The notes beneath the pieces are model-generated. The model made no database searches and was not told where the DNA came from. It saw nothing but the letters and a program-made list of their open reading frames with translations. Of a stretch of DNA of 64,000 nucleotides, positions 1 to 9,393 are shown piece by piece (the stretch's first letter is position 1; every line of letters begins with the position of its first letter). Source of the DNA: an uncultured Pseudomonadota bacterium (GTDB taxonomy: Bacteria; Pseudomonadota; Gammaproteobacteria; Steroidobacterales; Steroidobacteraceae); assembly GCA_903898785.1 (NCBI GenBank), contig CAIUGU010000039.1, forward strand, positions 13,176 through 77,175. Direction: 5' to 3'. Made by a program: the position numbers and the translations under genes.

Positions 1-1
1 T

Positions 2-547
2 CGCAACGCCAAGGCGCCGGTCATCGCCGAGGGAGCAAGCTTCGCCGATCCCGCTACTCGCGCCGTGCTCGGCCCGCTCATGGGCTCCCTCAATGCCACG
101 ACGCACGTCAGCGATGCCAAGGCCTTCGTCGCCTGGCTCGATGCGCAGCCCAGCGTCGCCAAGAATCGCAAGATCGGTACCACGGGCTACTGCATGGGCG
201 GTCCGATCGTCATGCGTACCGCGGCAGCATTGCCGGGCCGCATCGGTGCCGTCGGATCGTTCCACGGTGGCGGTCTCGTGACTGACAAGCCCGACAGCCC
301 GCACCTGCTCGCGCCGCAGATCAAGGCGCAGCTGCTCGTTGCAATTGCCGAGAACGACGATATGCGCGAGCCCAACGCGAAGGACGTCCTCAAGAAGGCG
401 TTCGCCGATGCGAAGCTCACTGCGGAAATCGAGGTGTACAAGGCGCAGCACGGCTGGTGCCCGCCGGACTCGCAGGTCTACAACAAGGAACTGTCCGAGA
501 AGGCCTGGAGCCGCATGCTGGCGATGTTCGAGAAGGCGCTGGCTTAA
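2..547 (+). CDS. dienelactone hydrolase family protein (5' end cut by window edge)
   Basis: The reading frame of ORF 65..547 stays open back to the window edge. GYCMGG nucleophile-elbow motif and C-terminal AQHGW are typical of the dienelactone hydrolase alpha/beta fold. Confidence 0.8.
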   Translation, partial: RNAKAPVIAEGASFADPATRAVLGPLMGSLNATTHVSDAKAFVAWLDAQPSVAKNRKIGTTGYCMGGPIVMRTAAALPGRIGAVGSFHGGGLVTDKPDSPHLLAPQIKAQLLVAIAENDDMREPNAKDVLKKAFADAKLTAEIEVYKAQHGWCPPDSQVYNKELSEKAWSRMLAMFEKALA

Positions 548-717
548 CGGCCGCGCTGTCGGCGCGCCGCGCCGGACGATTCAGGGCGGATGGGGCATCC
601 CATCCGCCCTTTTTGCTTCCGGCATCTTGACGTTTCTTTCATGGAACATTGCGGCGTCCTGTGCCAGCATTTGCGCCGCACAAGACAAGTGAAGCAAAGG
701 CCGGCCTGGAACTCCCG

Positions 718-2970
718 ATGAATCGAGTCTTATTGCAGTGTGCCGCCATGGCGGCGCTCGGCGGGTTGTCCTGCGTGACATTTGTTTCGCCGGTCCGCGC
801 GCAAGCCTCCGCCGCCACCGGTCCCAGCCTCGCCGTGCCCCGCACGCCGAAGGCGCCGGTCATCGACGGCAAGCTCGACGAACCCGAGTGGCGGCAGGCG
901 GGACTGGTCACGGACTTGAGGCAGATCCGCCCCGGCGACGGCGTGCCGATGTCGGAGAAGACCGAGGTCTACGTGATGTACGACAAGGATGCGTTGTACG
1001 TCGCCGCACGCATGTGGGATGCCGGCGCGCCGGGCGAAGTCTCGGCGAACGTCATGAAGCAGAACTCGCAATTCACCAATGACGACCGCATCGCCGTCAT
1101 CATCGACCCGTTCAACACCGGTCGCAACGGCTATCGTTTCGAGGTGAATGCCAACGCCGTCCGCAACGACATGCTGTACCAGAACGGCTCGCTGCAAGCC
1201 GAATGGTCGGTGATCTGGGACGCAGGGGCGACGATGGGCGAGGGTGTGTGGTTTGCGGAGTTCGCGATTCCGTTCAAGTCGCTGCCGTTCGATCCCGCGA
1301 TCCAGGACTGGGGCTTCAACGTTTCCCGCGCCATCCGCCGCCGCGGCGAGGAGGCGGTGTGGGTCTCGCGCAATCGCTCGATCAGCCCCAGCATCCTCGG
1401 CCTCGCCACCGGCTTCAAGGATCTCGACCAGGGGCTCGGGCTCGACGTGGTGCCCGGCGTCTCGGTGACCCACAGCAAGTCCTACGTCAACGCCACGTCG
1501 GAGACGAACACCGAGCCGTCGCTCGACCTGTACTACCGCATCACGCCCGCGCTGACCGGCTCGCTGACGGTCAATACGGACTTCTCGGCGACCGTCGTGG
1601 ACGATCGCCAGGTAAACCTGACCCGTTTCAACCTGTTCTTCCCGGAGAAGCGCCAGTTCTTCCTGGCCGACTCCGACCTGTTCGACTTCGGCCGTTTCGG
1701 CAGCTCGGTCTACCCGCCCGGCATCCGCTCAGTGAGCAACGCGAGCCAGCGCAACGGCCAGCCCTTCTTCTCGAGGCGCATCGGCTTGAGCTCGCTCGGT
1801 ACGCCCGTCGACATCGACTACGGCGGCAAGCTCAGCGGGCGCATGGGTCGGTACACGTTCGGCGCGATGGGCATTCGCCAGGGCGAGTTCATCCCGCCGA
1901 CAGGACCGGCGCTCGATCCCACCTCTCTGTTCGTCGGTCGCGCGACGATGGACGTGCTGTCCCAGTCCAGCGTGGGCGTCATCGCCACGTCGGGCAATTC
2001 CCAGGGTGCCGTCGACAATTCGCTGGTCGGCGCCGACTTCCAGTACAACAACAACCGTCTGCCGTGGGGCAAGCCGGTCCAGGGCGAGGCCTGGTACCAG
2101 CAGACGGAGACGGAGAACCGCACCGGCGACGATTACGCGCTGGGGGTCGGGTTCCGCGTGCCTGCCGCGACCGGCTTGCGCGGCGGAGTCATGTACAAGG
2201 AGATCGGCCGCAACTTCAATCCGACGATGGGCTTCGTCAGCCGCGCGAACATCCGCGACGAATGGGCCGGCATGGGCTATGTGTACCGGTTCCAGCAGGG
2301 CGCCTTGCTCAGTACGACCACCGAGATCGATGCCCAGGTGATTCGCGACCTCGCGACCAACGAGCGGCTTTCGCAGTACCTGTCGCTGCGCGCGATGGAG
2401 CTGGAAACGCGGGGACGTGACATCCTCAAGGTCTATGTCATGGAGAGCACGGAGAACCTGCGGACGCCCTTCACCATCTACAACACGGCGGTACGACAGG
2501 TCGTGCTCCCTGTCGGTGAATACAAGTTCACCGAATACGGCCTCGACATCGAGACGGGCGCGCAGCGGACGCTGTCGGCCAAGTTCAACTTCAAGGGCGG
2601 CGAGTTCTACGACGGCGACCGGCTCAACCTGGGCGGCGAAATCAGCTGGAAGCCCATCCGCTACTTCAACCTGCTTGCAGGCTACGACTGGAACCGCATC
2701 GACCTGCCGTACGGCAAGTTCATTACGCGCCTCTCGCGCCTCTCGGCGGAGGTGGCGTTCACGTCGAACCTCAACTGGATCAACATCGTCCAGTACGACG
2801 ACGTGTCCGAAGTGTTCGGCATCCACAGCCGCGTGCAGTGGATCCCGCGGGCGGGCAGGGAGTTCTACCTCGTCTTCAACCGCAGCTTCGAGGACTTCAA
2901 CAAGGACGGGACATTCCGCTCGGTCACGTCCGAAATGACCGCGAAGGCCACGTACACGTTCAGGTTTTGA
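718..2970 (+). CDS. DUF5916 / carbohydrate-binding family 9-like outer-membrane-type protein
   Basis: ORF 649..2970. The internal ATG at 718 gives signal peptide MNRVLLQCAAMAALGGLSCVTFVSPVRA. It has an IDGKLDEPEW CBM9-like N-terminal segment and a long beta-rich body ending TYTFRF (aromatic C-terminus as in beta-barrel OMPs). Confidence 0.65.
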   Translation: MNRVLLQCAAMAALGGLSCVTFVSPVRAQASAATGPSLAVPRTPKAPVIDGKLDEPEWRQAGLVTDLRQIRPGDGVPMSEKTEVYVMYDKDALYVAARMWDAGAPGEVSANVMKQNSQFTNDDRIAVIIDPFNTGRNGYRFEVNANAVRNDMLYQNGSLQAEWSVIWDAGATMGEGVWFAEFAIPFKSLPFDPAIQDWGFNVSRAIRRRGEEAVWVSRNRSISPSILGLATGFKDLDQGLGLDVVPGVSVTHSKSYVNATSETNTEPSLDLYYRITPALTGSLTVNTDFSATVVDDRQVNLTRFNLFFPEKRQFFLADSDLFDFGRFGSSVYPPGIRSVSNASQRNGQPFFSRRIGLSSLGTPVDIDYGGKLSGRMGRYTFGAMGIRQGEFIPPTGPALDPTSLFVGRATMDVLSQSSVGVIATSGNSQGAVDNSLVGADFQYNNNRLPWGKPVQGEAWYQQTETENRTGDDYALGVGFRVPAATGLRGGVMYKEIGRNFNPTMGFVSRANIRDEWAGMGYVYRFQQGALLSTTTEIDAQVIRDLATNERLSQYLSLRAMELETRGRDILKVYVMESTENLRTPFTIYNTAVRQVVLPVGEYKFTEYGLDIETGAQRTLSAKFNFKGGEFYDGDRLNLGGEISWKPIRYFNLLAGYDWNRIDLPYGKFITRLSRLSAEVAFTSNLNWINIVQYDDVSEVFGIHSRVQWIPRAGREFYLVFNRSFEDFNKDGTFRSVTSEMTAKATYTFRF

Positions 2971-3049
2971 GCGCGTGAAGGACAGGCGCTGTGTGCGCCG
3001 TCCCCGGGTCGCTGCGGGGCATACCCGGGCGTCGTGCTGACCGGGCCTC

Positions 3050-3568
3050 CTAGAACCCGGCCATGTTAGACCACGGGTACCACAAGTAGCGGCCGAAGAA
3101 CACGACACCCAGCCACAGCGCCAGCGACAACGCGCCCGCAATCCTTGCGGCTCGCGGTGGGGGCATCTGCAGGTCCCAGGCGTCGACGTTGCGGTAGGGT
3201 CCGTTGTGGAACGCCAGCATGTTCGCACCGGCGAGCAGCATCAGCACCATCTTGATCAGGAAGGCGCGGTTGTCCACGAACTTCACGACGTTGAGGATGA
3301 ACAGCACACCGCCTGTCACGCTGGCGCCGGCGAAGGCGGCCCACGTCCACGGCAGGATCTGCCGCACGAGCTCGCTGACCGGTCGGTGCACGAAGGCGTA
3401 GCCCAGCAGCCTGAGGTCCAACGCGGCGATCGACCCGACCACGAAGGCCTGGAACAGGATGTGGGCGGCATCAAGCAACGGAAACCCGTACGCACTCTGT
3501 CCGACGCTCTGGACGACAGGCCAGTCCTGCATGGCCCGCAGCGCCTGCGCGATGTCCGCGAGCGTCAT
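3050..3568 (-). CDS. hypothetical polytopic membrane protein (about 4 TM)
   Basis: ORF 3050..3856 trimmed to the ATG at 3568 (MTLADIAQALRAMQDW...). Four hydrophobic segments. The start overlaps the stop of the upstream gene (ATGA). Confidence 0.6.
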   Translation of the reverse strand: MTLADIAQALRAMQDWPVVQSVGQSAYGFPLLDAAHILFQAFVVGSIAALDLRLLGYAFVHRPVSELVRQILPWTWAAFAGASVTGGVLFILNVVKFVDNRAFLIKMVLMLLAGANMLAFHNGPYRNVDAWDLQMPPPRAARIAGALSLALWLGVVFFGRYLWYPWSNMAGF

Positions 3569-4068
3569 GCGAACGGAATCCAGCGACCGGCGATGACTGC
3601 ACCGGTCCAGACCAGCAACAGGAGCAGCGCCAGCGCAGTTGCGGCAGGGGAGCCGACCTTGATGCCCGGTTTCCCGTGCACGCGGCGGGCGGTGTAGATG
3701 AGGAGGGCCATGCCGTCTGCCACCAGCACGAGCTTCGGCAAGAAGGCTTGACTCAGCAGGATGCGCTGCGGCCAGCGGACGATCAGGATGAGGCCCGTGA
3801 CCAGCATGACGGCCAGTGCGCCCATGACCCACGGGACTGCGCGGCGGGACAGGCATGCCAGCGCGTCACGACCCCGCAGTCCGCCGAGCAGTCCGATTGC
3901 CATGAAGCCGTTGGCGGCAATCACGACCGACATGCCGAGCAGGTGCAAGGTCTGCACCGACGCCAGCAGGACGGGTGCCTGCGAGCTCACGGACTGCAGC
4001 CAGTGGCTGGCCGACGTGGCGGCGAGCCATCTCACGAATTCCTGGAGCGCGGGGGCGTCGTAGTACAC
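3565..4068 (-). CDS. hypothetical polytopic membrane protein, distant paralogue of 3050..3568
   Basis: ORF 3565..4437. The N-terminal third is Arg/Gly-rich and non-protein-like, so I trimmed to the GTG at 4068 (VYYDAPALQEFVRW...). That gives 167 aa with about 4 TM and a GRWIPF C-terminus resembling GRYLWY in the neighbour. The start is uncertain. Confidence 0.5.
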   Translation of the reverse strand: MYYDAPALQEFVRWLAATSASHWLQSVSSQAPVLLASVQTLHLLGMSVVIAANGFMAIGLLGGLRGRDALACLSRRAVPWVMGALAVMLVTGLILIVRWPQRILLSQAFLPKLVLVADGMALLIYTARRVHGKPGIKVGSPAATALALLLLLVWTGAVIAGRWIPFA

Positions 4069-4131
4069 GCACGGAGAGTAGCGGGATGAACCCCCGAGGT
4101 CCAATGGGCGGCTCCTATGTATAGTTGGCGC

Positions 4132-4620
4132 ATGAAGCTGCTCCACCAGTCCGCTCTCGATGAGCTCGCGGCCAAGGCATCCGCGTCGCCCCGCAAGCGC
4201 GCCCACCTGAACCTGCATGAGTCCCCGGCGGACCCGGTGCAGCGGTTTTTCGTCGCTGCAGACCGGGATACCTATATCAGGCCGCACCGGCATCGCGCGA
4301 AGTCCGAGCTCGCGCTGGTCTTGCGCGGGCGATTCGACATCCTGACGTTCGACGATGCCGGCACCGTGCTTGCGAGGTGGAAGGTGGGTGAAGGAACGGA
4401 TGCGCTCGGCTACGAGGCGTCCTTGATGACCTGGCACACACTGGTGTCGCGGGTCGACGGCGCGGTGTTCCTCGAGTTGAAAGAGGGACCCTACGATCCT
4501 GCCGTCGCCGCGGAGTTCGCGCCGTGGGCCCCGGCAGAAGGAGACGCGAACGCAGCGGCGTGTCGCGAATGGATGCGGTCGGCCCAGCCCGGGGACCGCT
4601 TCGGGGACCCGGTCAGCTGA
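4132..4620 (+). CDS. WbuC-family cupin-fold protein
   Basis: ORF 4117..4620, ATG at 4132 (MKLLHQSALDEL...). The pattern SPRKRAHLNLHES...QRFFVA...YIRPHRH matches my recollection of the WbuC cupin family. Confidence 0.6.
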   Translation: MKLLHQSALDELAAKASASPRKRAHLNLHESPADPVQRFFVAADRDTYIRPHRHRAKSELALVLRGRFDILTFDDAGTVLARWKVGEGTDALGYEASLMTWHTLVSRVDGAVFLELKEGPYDPAVAAEFAPWAPAEGDANAAACREWMRSAQPGDRFGDPVS

Positions 4621-7180
4621 CCAGTTCCGCTTCCGGGGCGGCCTGTGGGGTCGCCTTCCGGTCGAGCGCGGTCAACAACGCCTCGGGCGGCACCGGCCGG
4701 CTCAGGAAATAGCCCTGTGCGAATCGGCATCCCAGCGACTGCAGCACTGCGACGTGCGATGCGTGCTCAACGCCTTCGGCCACGCTCGACATGCCGAGGT
4801 TCTCGACGAGCATGATCGTCGAGTGCAGCACGGCAAGTTCGTCGCTGCCGGTCGCGAGGTCGCTCACGAAGGAGCGGTCGATCTTGATCGTGTCGAACGG
4901 GTAGTCGCGCAGGCACGAGAGCGACGAAGCCCCGGTGCCGAAGTCGTCCATCGCCAGCCGGACCCCCAGCGACCTCAGCTCCTGCATCACGTTGCGCGTC
5001 GCCGTCGGGTCGCGCATCACTTCGCGCTCGGTGACCTCCAGCTGTAGCGAGTCCGCTGGAATCCCCGTCTTCTCCAGCGTGGACCGCACCCGTTGCAGCA
5101 GCTTCTTGCCGAGGGCGAGTTCGGCGCGGGAGACATTGACGCTGACGGTATCCGGCGCGCGGGCCGGGTCCTGGCGCCGCCATTCGGCGAGTTGCCGGCA
5201 GGCCTCCTGCAGCACCCATTCTCCGATCGGAATGATCAGCCCGGATTCCTCCGCCACAGGAATGAACTCGGCAGGGGAGATGTTGCCGAGCACGGGATGG
5301 TTCCAGCGCAGGAGCGCTTCCGCAGAGGTCATGCGGCCCGTCGTGAGCTCGACGATGGGCTGGTAGGCCAGGCTCAGTTGCGCAGTGCCGAGCGCCTTGC
5401 GCAGCCCGCTTTCGATCGTGACGTGGCGGGTCAGCCGCGTGTGCATCGCTTCATTGAACACGGCCGAGCACGCGCGACCCGACCGTTTCGCCTCGTACAT
5501 CGCCACGTCGGCGTTGCGGATGACTTCCTCCGGGCTGTCCATGCATTGCTCGCTCGTGACGATGCCGATGCTCGCCGACGAATGCACTTCGCGGCCGTGG
5601 ATGCTGTACACCGGTGCAAGCGCATTGAGCAGGCGTTCCGCGACGCGCGGTGCATCCTTGCCGGCAGACAGGTCGTTGATGAGGATGACGAATTCGTCGC
5701 CGCCGAACCGCGCGATCAGGTTGCCGTCGGCGTCGTTGCTCATGGCGTCCGTGGACCGCAGGGACGCGCGCAGCCGCACTGCGATCTGCTTCAGCAGTTC
5801 GTCGCCGGCCTCGTGGCCCAGCGTGTCGTTGAGCAGCTTGAAATGATCGAAGTCGAGGAACAGCACGGCGAACAGCGCCTGCCTCTTTTTCCTCACGTTC
5901 GTGATGGCGTGGTTGAGGCGCTCCATGAAGAGCGCACGATTCGCGAGGCCGGTGAGGCGGTCGCAGCGCGCCGCCTGCGTCAGCTTCAGCTCCAGTGCCT
6001 TGCGTTCCGAGATGTCCTGTACGAGCGACCAGATGACGACCCGGTTCGTCGCATCCGTCATGCACATGCCCGACAGCAGGACCGGATAGCGAGTCCCGTC
6101 CTTGCGGATGAATTCCTTCTCATAGGGTCCATAGCGCCCGGACTGCTTCAGCGACTCGATCTGTTCCGCTTCCTGCTCCGCGTAGGAGAGGGGCGTGATA
6201 TCCCAGTACGTCAGGTTCTCGAGCTCCTCGCGCGCGTAGCCGGTCGGGCCGAGCAACGCGTCATTTGCCTGCAGGAAACGGCCGTTCGACATGTCATTGA
6301 GGGAGATGCCGACGGGCGAGAGTTCGAACAGGCCGCGGAACTTGCCCTCGCTGTCCTTGAGCCGTTCCTGTTCCTTCGCGAGTCCCCGCGCGGCCTCTTC
6401 TGCGCTGCGTGCGGCCGTAATCGCGAGGCGCGAGGCGTGCAGGCCGCGCAACCTGATGTAGTAGAAGGTCAGTCCGAGGCCCAGTATGAAGAGGCCCGCC
6501 GGCACGAGGCCCAATATCGCCCAGTTGCGTGCTTCCACCATGCGCGCGAGGTAGACGCCGGCATCGACGTCCACGCCGACCACGCCGACCTGGTGGCCTT
6601 CCGCGTCCAGGATCGGAGCCCAGCCGCTGATGAACGAGCCCCACGCATCGCTGTAGGGTTCCTTCGACGCTTCGGGCGAACCCTTGGTCTCGCCGTCGCC
6701 GAGCGCAGTCAGGATCGCCGGATCGTAGTCTTCATAGACCTCCCAGACACCTGCCTGGTCCTCGACGCCGTCGCTGTCGTGGTCGCCGGGGTCGGCGGCG
6801 TCCAGCACGAACCGCACGGTGGAACCGTCGCGGACGGCCGTATAGACGTATTTCACGTCGGCCACTGCAGCGCGCAGCCGGCGCAGGGGTTCCACGGCCT
6901 TCCGGTACTCAGGGCCATTCAGCTGATCGGCATCGCGAATGCCGGCGTGCAGCGACGTATCGACCTGCTGAGCCGCCGCCTGGGCAAGCCCGATCAGGTA
7001 GTGCCGGTAGTTGTCGCGCAAGGCGACCTCGGATGCGACCCACATGCCTGCTATGCCAGCGCCGAGCGCGCACGTGGCCACCGCGGCGACAAGGATCGAC
7101 TCAAGGGCGGCTCTGCGGCGGTCCTTCGCGTGTTCACCGGTTGCGGAGGAGTCTGTTGCTGATGCCGCGGCGTGGGTCAT
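4613..7180 (-). CDS. membrane sensor diguanylate cyclase/phosphodiesterase (periplasmic Cache-like - PAS - GGDEF - EAL)
   Basis: ORF 4613..7291 (GTG). An ATG at 7180 with AAGGG 8 nt upstream is preferred. Two TM segments flank a Cache-like region. PAS segment (GKFRGLFELSPVGISL), intact GGDEF (ARFGGDEFVILI) and EAL (SAEALLRW) motifs. Confidence 0.9.
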   Translation of the reverse strand: MTHAAASATDSSATGEHAKDRRRAALESILVAAVATCALGAGIAGMWVASEVALRDNYRHYLIGLAQAAAQQVDTSLHAGIRDADQLNGPEYRKAVEPLRRLRAAVADVKYVYTAVRDGSTVRFVLDAADPGDHDSDGVEDQAGVWEVYEDYDPAILTALGDGETKGSPEASKEPYSDAWGSFISGWAPILDAEGHQVGVVGVDVDAGVYLARMVEARNWAILGLVPAGLFILGLGLTFYYIRLRGLHASRLAITAARSAEEAARGLAKEQERLKDSEGKFRGLFELSPVGISLNDMSNGRFLQANDALLGPTGYAREELENLTYWDITPLSYAEQEAEQIESLKQSGRYGPYEKEFIRKDGTRYPVLLSGMCMTDATNRVVIWSLVQDISERKALELKLTQAARCDRLTGLANRALFMERLNHAITNVRKKRQALFAVLFLDFDHFKLLNDTLGHEAGDELLKQIAVRLRASLRSTDAMSNDADGNLIARFGGDEFVILINDLSAGKDAPRVAERLLNALAPVYSIHGREVHSSASIGIVTSEQCMDSPEEVIRNADVAMYEAKRSGRACSAVFNEAMHTRLTRHVTIESGLRKALGTAQLSLAYQPIVELTTGRMTSAEALLRWNHPVLGNISPAEFIPVAEESGLIIPIGEWVLQEACRQLAEWRRQDPARAPDTVSVNVSRAELALGKKLLQRVRSTLEKTGIPADSLQLEVTEREVMRDPTATRNVMQELRSLGVRLAMDDFGTGASSLSCLRDYPFDTIKIDRSFVSDLATGSDELAVLHSTIMLVENLGMSSVAEGVEHASHVAVLQSLGCRFAQGYFLSRPVPPEALLTALDRKATPQAAPEAELVS

Positions 7181-7410
7181 TAAGCGAGCCCTTGGATCGT
7201 CAATGGCAGAGCGGGCGCAGTTGCGGCCGGATGCGGGTTTGGATCGGATGTCGGCGACCGCCTGCGGTGCGGTTGTCTTGTCGATAGACACAAGCGCAGG
7301 CGATCACGCCGCTATCGGCCCGGGCCGCGGGTAACTTGGGTTTCAGCGCGGGTTTCTGTGATAGATTTCACGCCCCCCGGAGCACCCGACCGCGCATTGT
7401 CGCGTCCCCG

Positions 7411-8301
7411 ATGAGTACCCAGCCAATCACACAAGGCCGCGTCGAGACGGCCGACATCCTGAAGGCCGCTGCTGCGCTCGGCATCCTGGGCGGCACTGCC
7501 CAGGCGGGCCGCCGGTTGCTCGCCATGCTCTGCAATCCCACGATCACCGCTGCCGAGATTGCCGCCGCGATCGACCGCGAGCCCGGCATGGCCGCGCGGG
7601 TACTGAGGGTTGCGAACTCCGCGTTCTATGGCCTCACCCGCAAGGTCAGCACGATCGACCGCGCATTGATGCTTCTGGGCCTCAATGCAGTGCGAGGCAT
7701 CGCGGCTGCGGCATGCCTGGACCGCGCGGTTCCGCAAGGGAAGGATGTGCCGCAGATCGATGTCGCGTCCCTGCTCCGTCACAGCGTGGCGGTGGCTGCG
7801 GCCGCGTCGGAGCTGGCCAGGCTGCGCAAGCCGGAGCTCGTCTCCGAAGCCTTCATCGCTGGTTTGCTGCACGACTACGGCGTGCTGGTGCAGCTCCGCG
7901 TGGACCCCCCCGGACTGCTTGCGTTCGAGAGGCAGATGCGTTCGACGCCCGACGGCCGCGCGAGCGAGCTTGAAGTGCAGCATGTGAAGGTGACTCATGA
8001 TCATTGCGCGTCGGTGATCTTCGAGCAGTGGCAGCTGCCGGCCAGCCTGGTGGCGTCAGCCCGGCATCACCATCATCCCGACGAGGCGCCAGAGCCCCAT
8101 GCCGAGATCGCGGCACTCGTGCACATTGCGGATCATCTGGGTCGCGCGGCGGAATTGGGTTTTGCCTACGAACCGGCCGCCGAGCCGGTGTCCCGGGCCG
8201 CGATGGCGGTGCTCGGCGTCACTGACGAGGACCTCGGCCTGGTGGGTGCCGAATTGCCGGACCGGGTCCAGGCGTTGCAGCAGTCGCTCAGCGGCGCCTG
8301 A
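7411..8301 (+). CDS. HDOD domain-containing signalling protein
   Basis: ORF 7336..8301, ATG at 7411 (MSTQPITQ...). ARVLRVANSAFYGL...IDRALMLLGLNAVR and LLHDYG strings are typical of HDOD. Confidence 0.85.
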   Translation: MSTQPITQGRVETADILKAAAALGILGGTAQAGRRLLAMLCNPTITAAEIAAAIDREPGMAARVLRVANSAFYGLTRKVSTIDRALMLLGLNAVRGIAAAACLDRAVPQGKDVPQIDVASLLRHSVAVAAAASELARLRKPELVSEAFIAGLLHDYGVLVQLRVDPPGLLAFERQMRSTPDGRASELEVQHVKVTHDHCASVIFEQWQLPASLVASARHHHHPDEAPEPHAEIAALVHIADHLGRAAELGFAYEPAAEPVSRAAMAVLGVTDEDLGLVGAELPDRVQALQQSLSGA

Positions 8302-8319
8302 TGCTCCGGTGAGCGCTCC

Positions 8320-9393
8320 GTGAGTCGCGCCGTTAGCAAGGGAGCTCTCGCGATTCGGGGTGCCTGCGTGGCGGTGTTGTCCTGCCTGTTGCTGGCGTGC
8401 GGTGGCCGCGCGCCCTCCGAAACTGCAGATGCCAAGCCCGCGTCCGTGATGGAGTCGCGTCTCGCGATGGGGTCGTCCGTGACGGTGACGGTCTGGACCC
8501 GGGACGAACCCGCCGCCGAAGCGGCCATGGCCGAGGTCTTCTCCGAATTCGACCGGCTCGAGAACCTCATGAGCACATGGCGGGAGGGGAGCGACGTGCT
8601 CCGCCTCAATGCTGCGGCCGGCACGGAGCCGGTCAGGCTGAGCCCGGAGGTCATCGAGGTTCTCGGTATTGCGCGACACTACAGCGAGTTGAGCGACGGC
8701 AAGTTCGACGTGACCTTCGGGCCGTTGTCCGGGCTGTGGCGCTTCGATCACGACCAGGACGGCGTCATTCCGGACCCGGCCGTGGTGGCCGCGAGGGTGC
8801 CGTTCATCGGCTGGGAGGATCTCGTCGTCGATGCGACGGCGGGTACGGCCCTGCTTCGCCGCAAGGGCATGAGCGTGCACCTCGGCGGCATCGGCAAGGG
8901 GTATGCGGTCGATCACGGTGCGGCCATCCTGCGCCGCCACGGCTTCGAGAATTTCCTGATCCAGTCGGGCGGCGACATGTACGTGGGCGGGCAGCCCGAA
9001 GGTCGTCCATGGCGACTTGGCATCCAGGATCCGCGCGGACCCGGGGACACGCCGTTTGCGGTCGTCGAACTGAGCGACGCGACGTTCAGCACGTCAGGCG
9101 ACTACGAGCGCTATTTCATCAAGGACGGTCGCCGTTATCACCACATCCTAGACCCGGACTCCGGCCAGCCGGCCATGGCGAGCCGCAGCGTGACCATCGT
9201 GACGGCCAGGGGCGTGGATGCCGACGCGCTGTCGACGGCCGTCTTCATCCTCGGGCCTGACGCCGGCATGGCGTTGATCGAGCGCCTCCCCGACGTGGAA
9301 GGCGTGATCGTCGGTGCTAGGAACGAGGTGCGGGTGTCGTCTGGCCTGCAGGATCGCCTGACAGTACTTTCGCCACCTGCTGACGGGCCATGA
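8320..9393 (+). CDS. apbE: FAD:protein FMN transferase ApbE (lipoprotein)
   Basis: GTG start 18 nt after the HDOD stop. Lipobox LLLACGG. ApbE strings TFGPLSGLW, HLGGIGKGYAVD, ISTSGDYERYF. Confidence 0.9.
   Translation: MSRAVSKGALAIRGACVAVLSCLLLACGGRAPSETADAKPASVMESRLAMGSSVTVTVWTRDEPAAEAAMAEVFSEFDRLENLMSTWREGSDVLRLNAAAGTEPVRLSPEVIEVLGIARHYSELSDGKFDVTFGPLSGLWRFDHDQDGVIPDPAVVAARVPFIGWEDLVVDATAGTALLRRKGMSVHLGGIGKGYAVDHGAAILRRHGFENFLIQSGGDMYVGGQPEGRPWRLGIQDPRGPGDTPFAVVELSDATFSTSGDYERYFIKDGRRYHHILDPDSGQPAMASRSVTIVTARGVDADALSTAVFILGPDAGMALIERLPDVEGVIVGARNEVRVSSGLQDRLTVLSPPADGP

Noticed and set aside
1729-3228. Many very long antisense or alternative-frame ORFs, for example 1729..3228(-), 5093..7162(+), 13627..15762(-), 22792..23385(+), 43638..44906(+), 58286..60865(-).
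   Set aside because: They lie opposite to, or out of frame with, genes that have clear family motifs. Their translations are Arg/Ala/Gly/Pro-rich low-complexity strings typical of shadow ORFs in GC-rich DNA, with no recognisable motifs.
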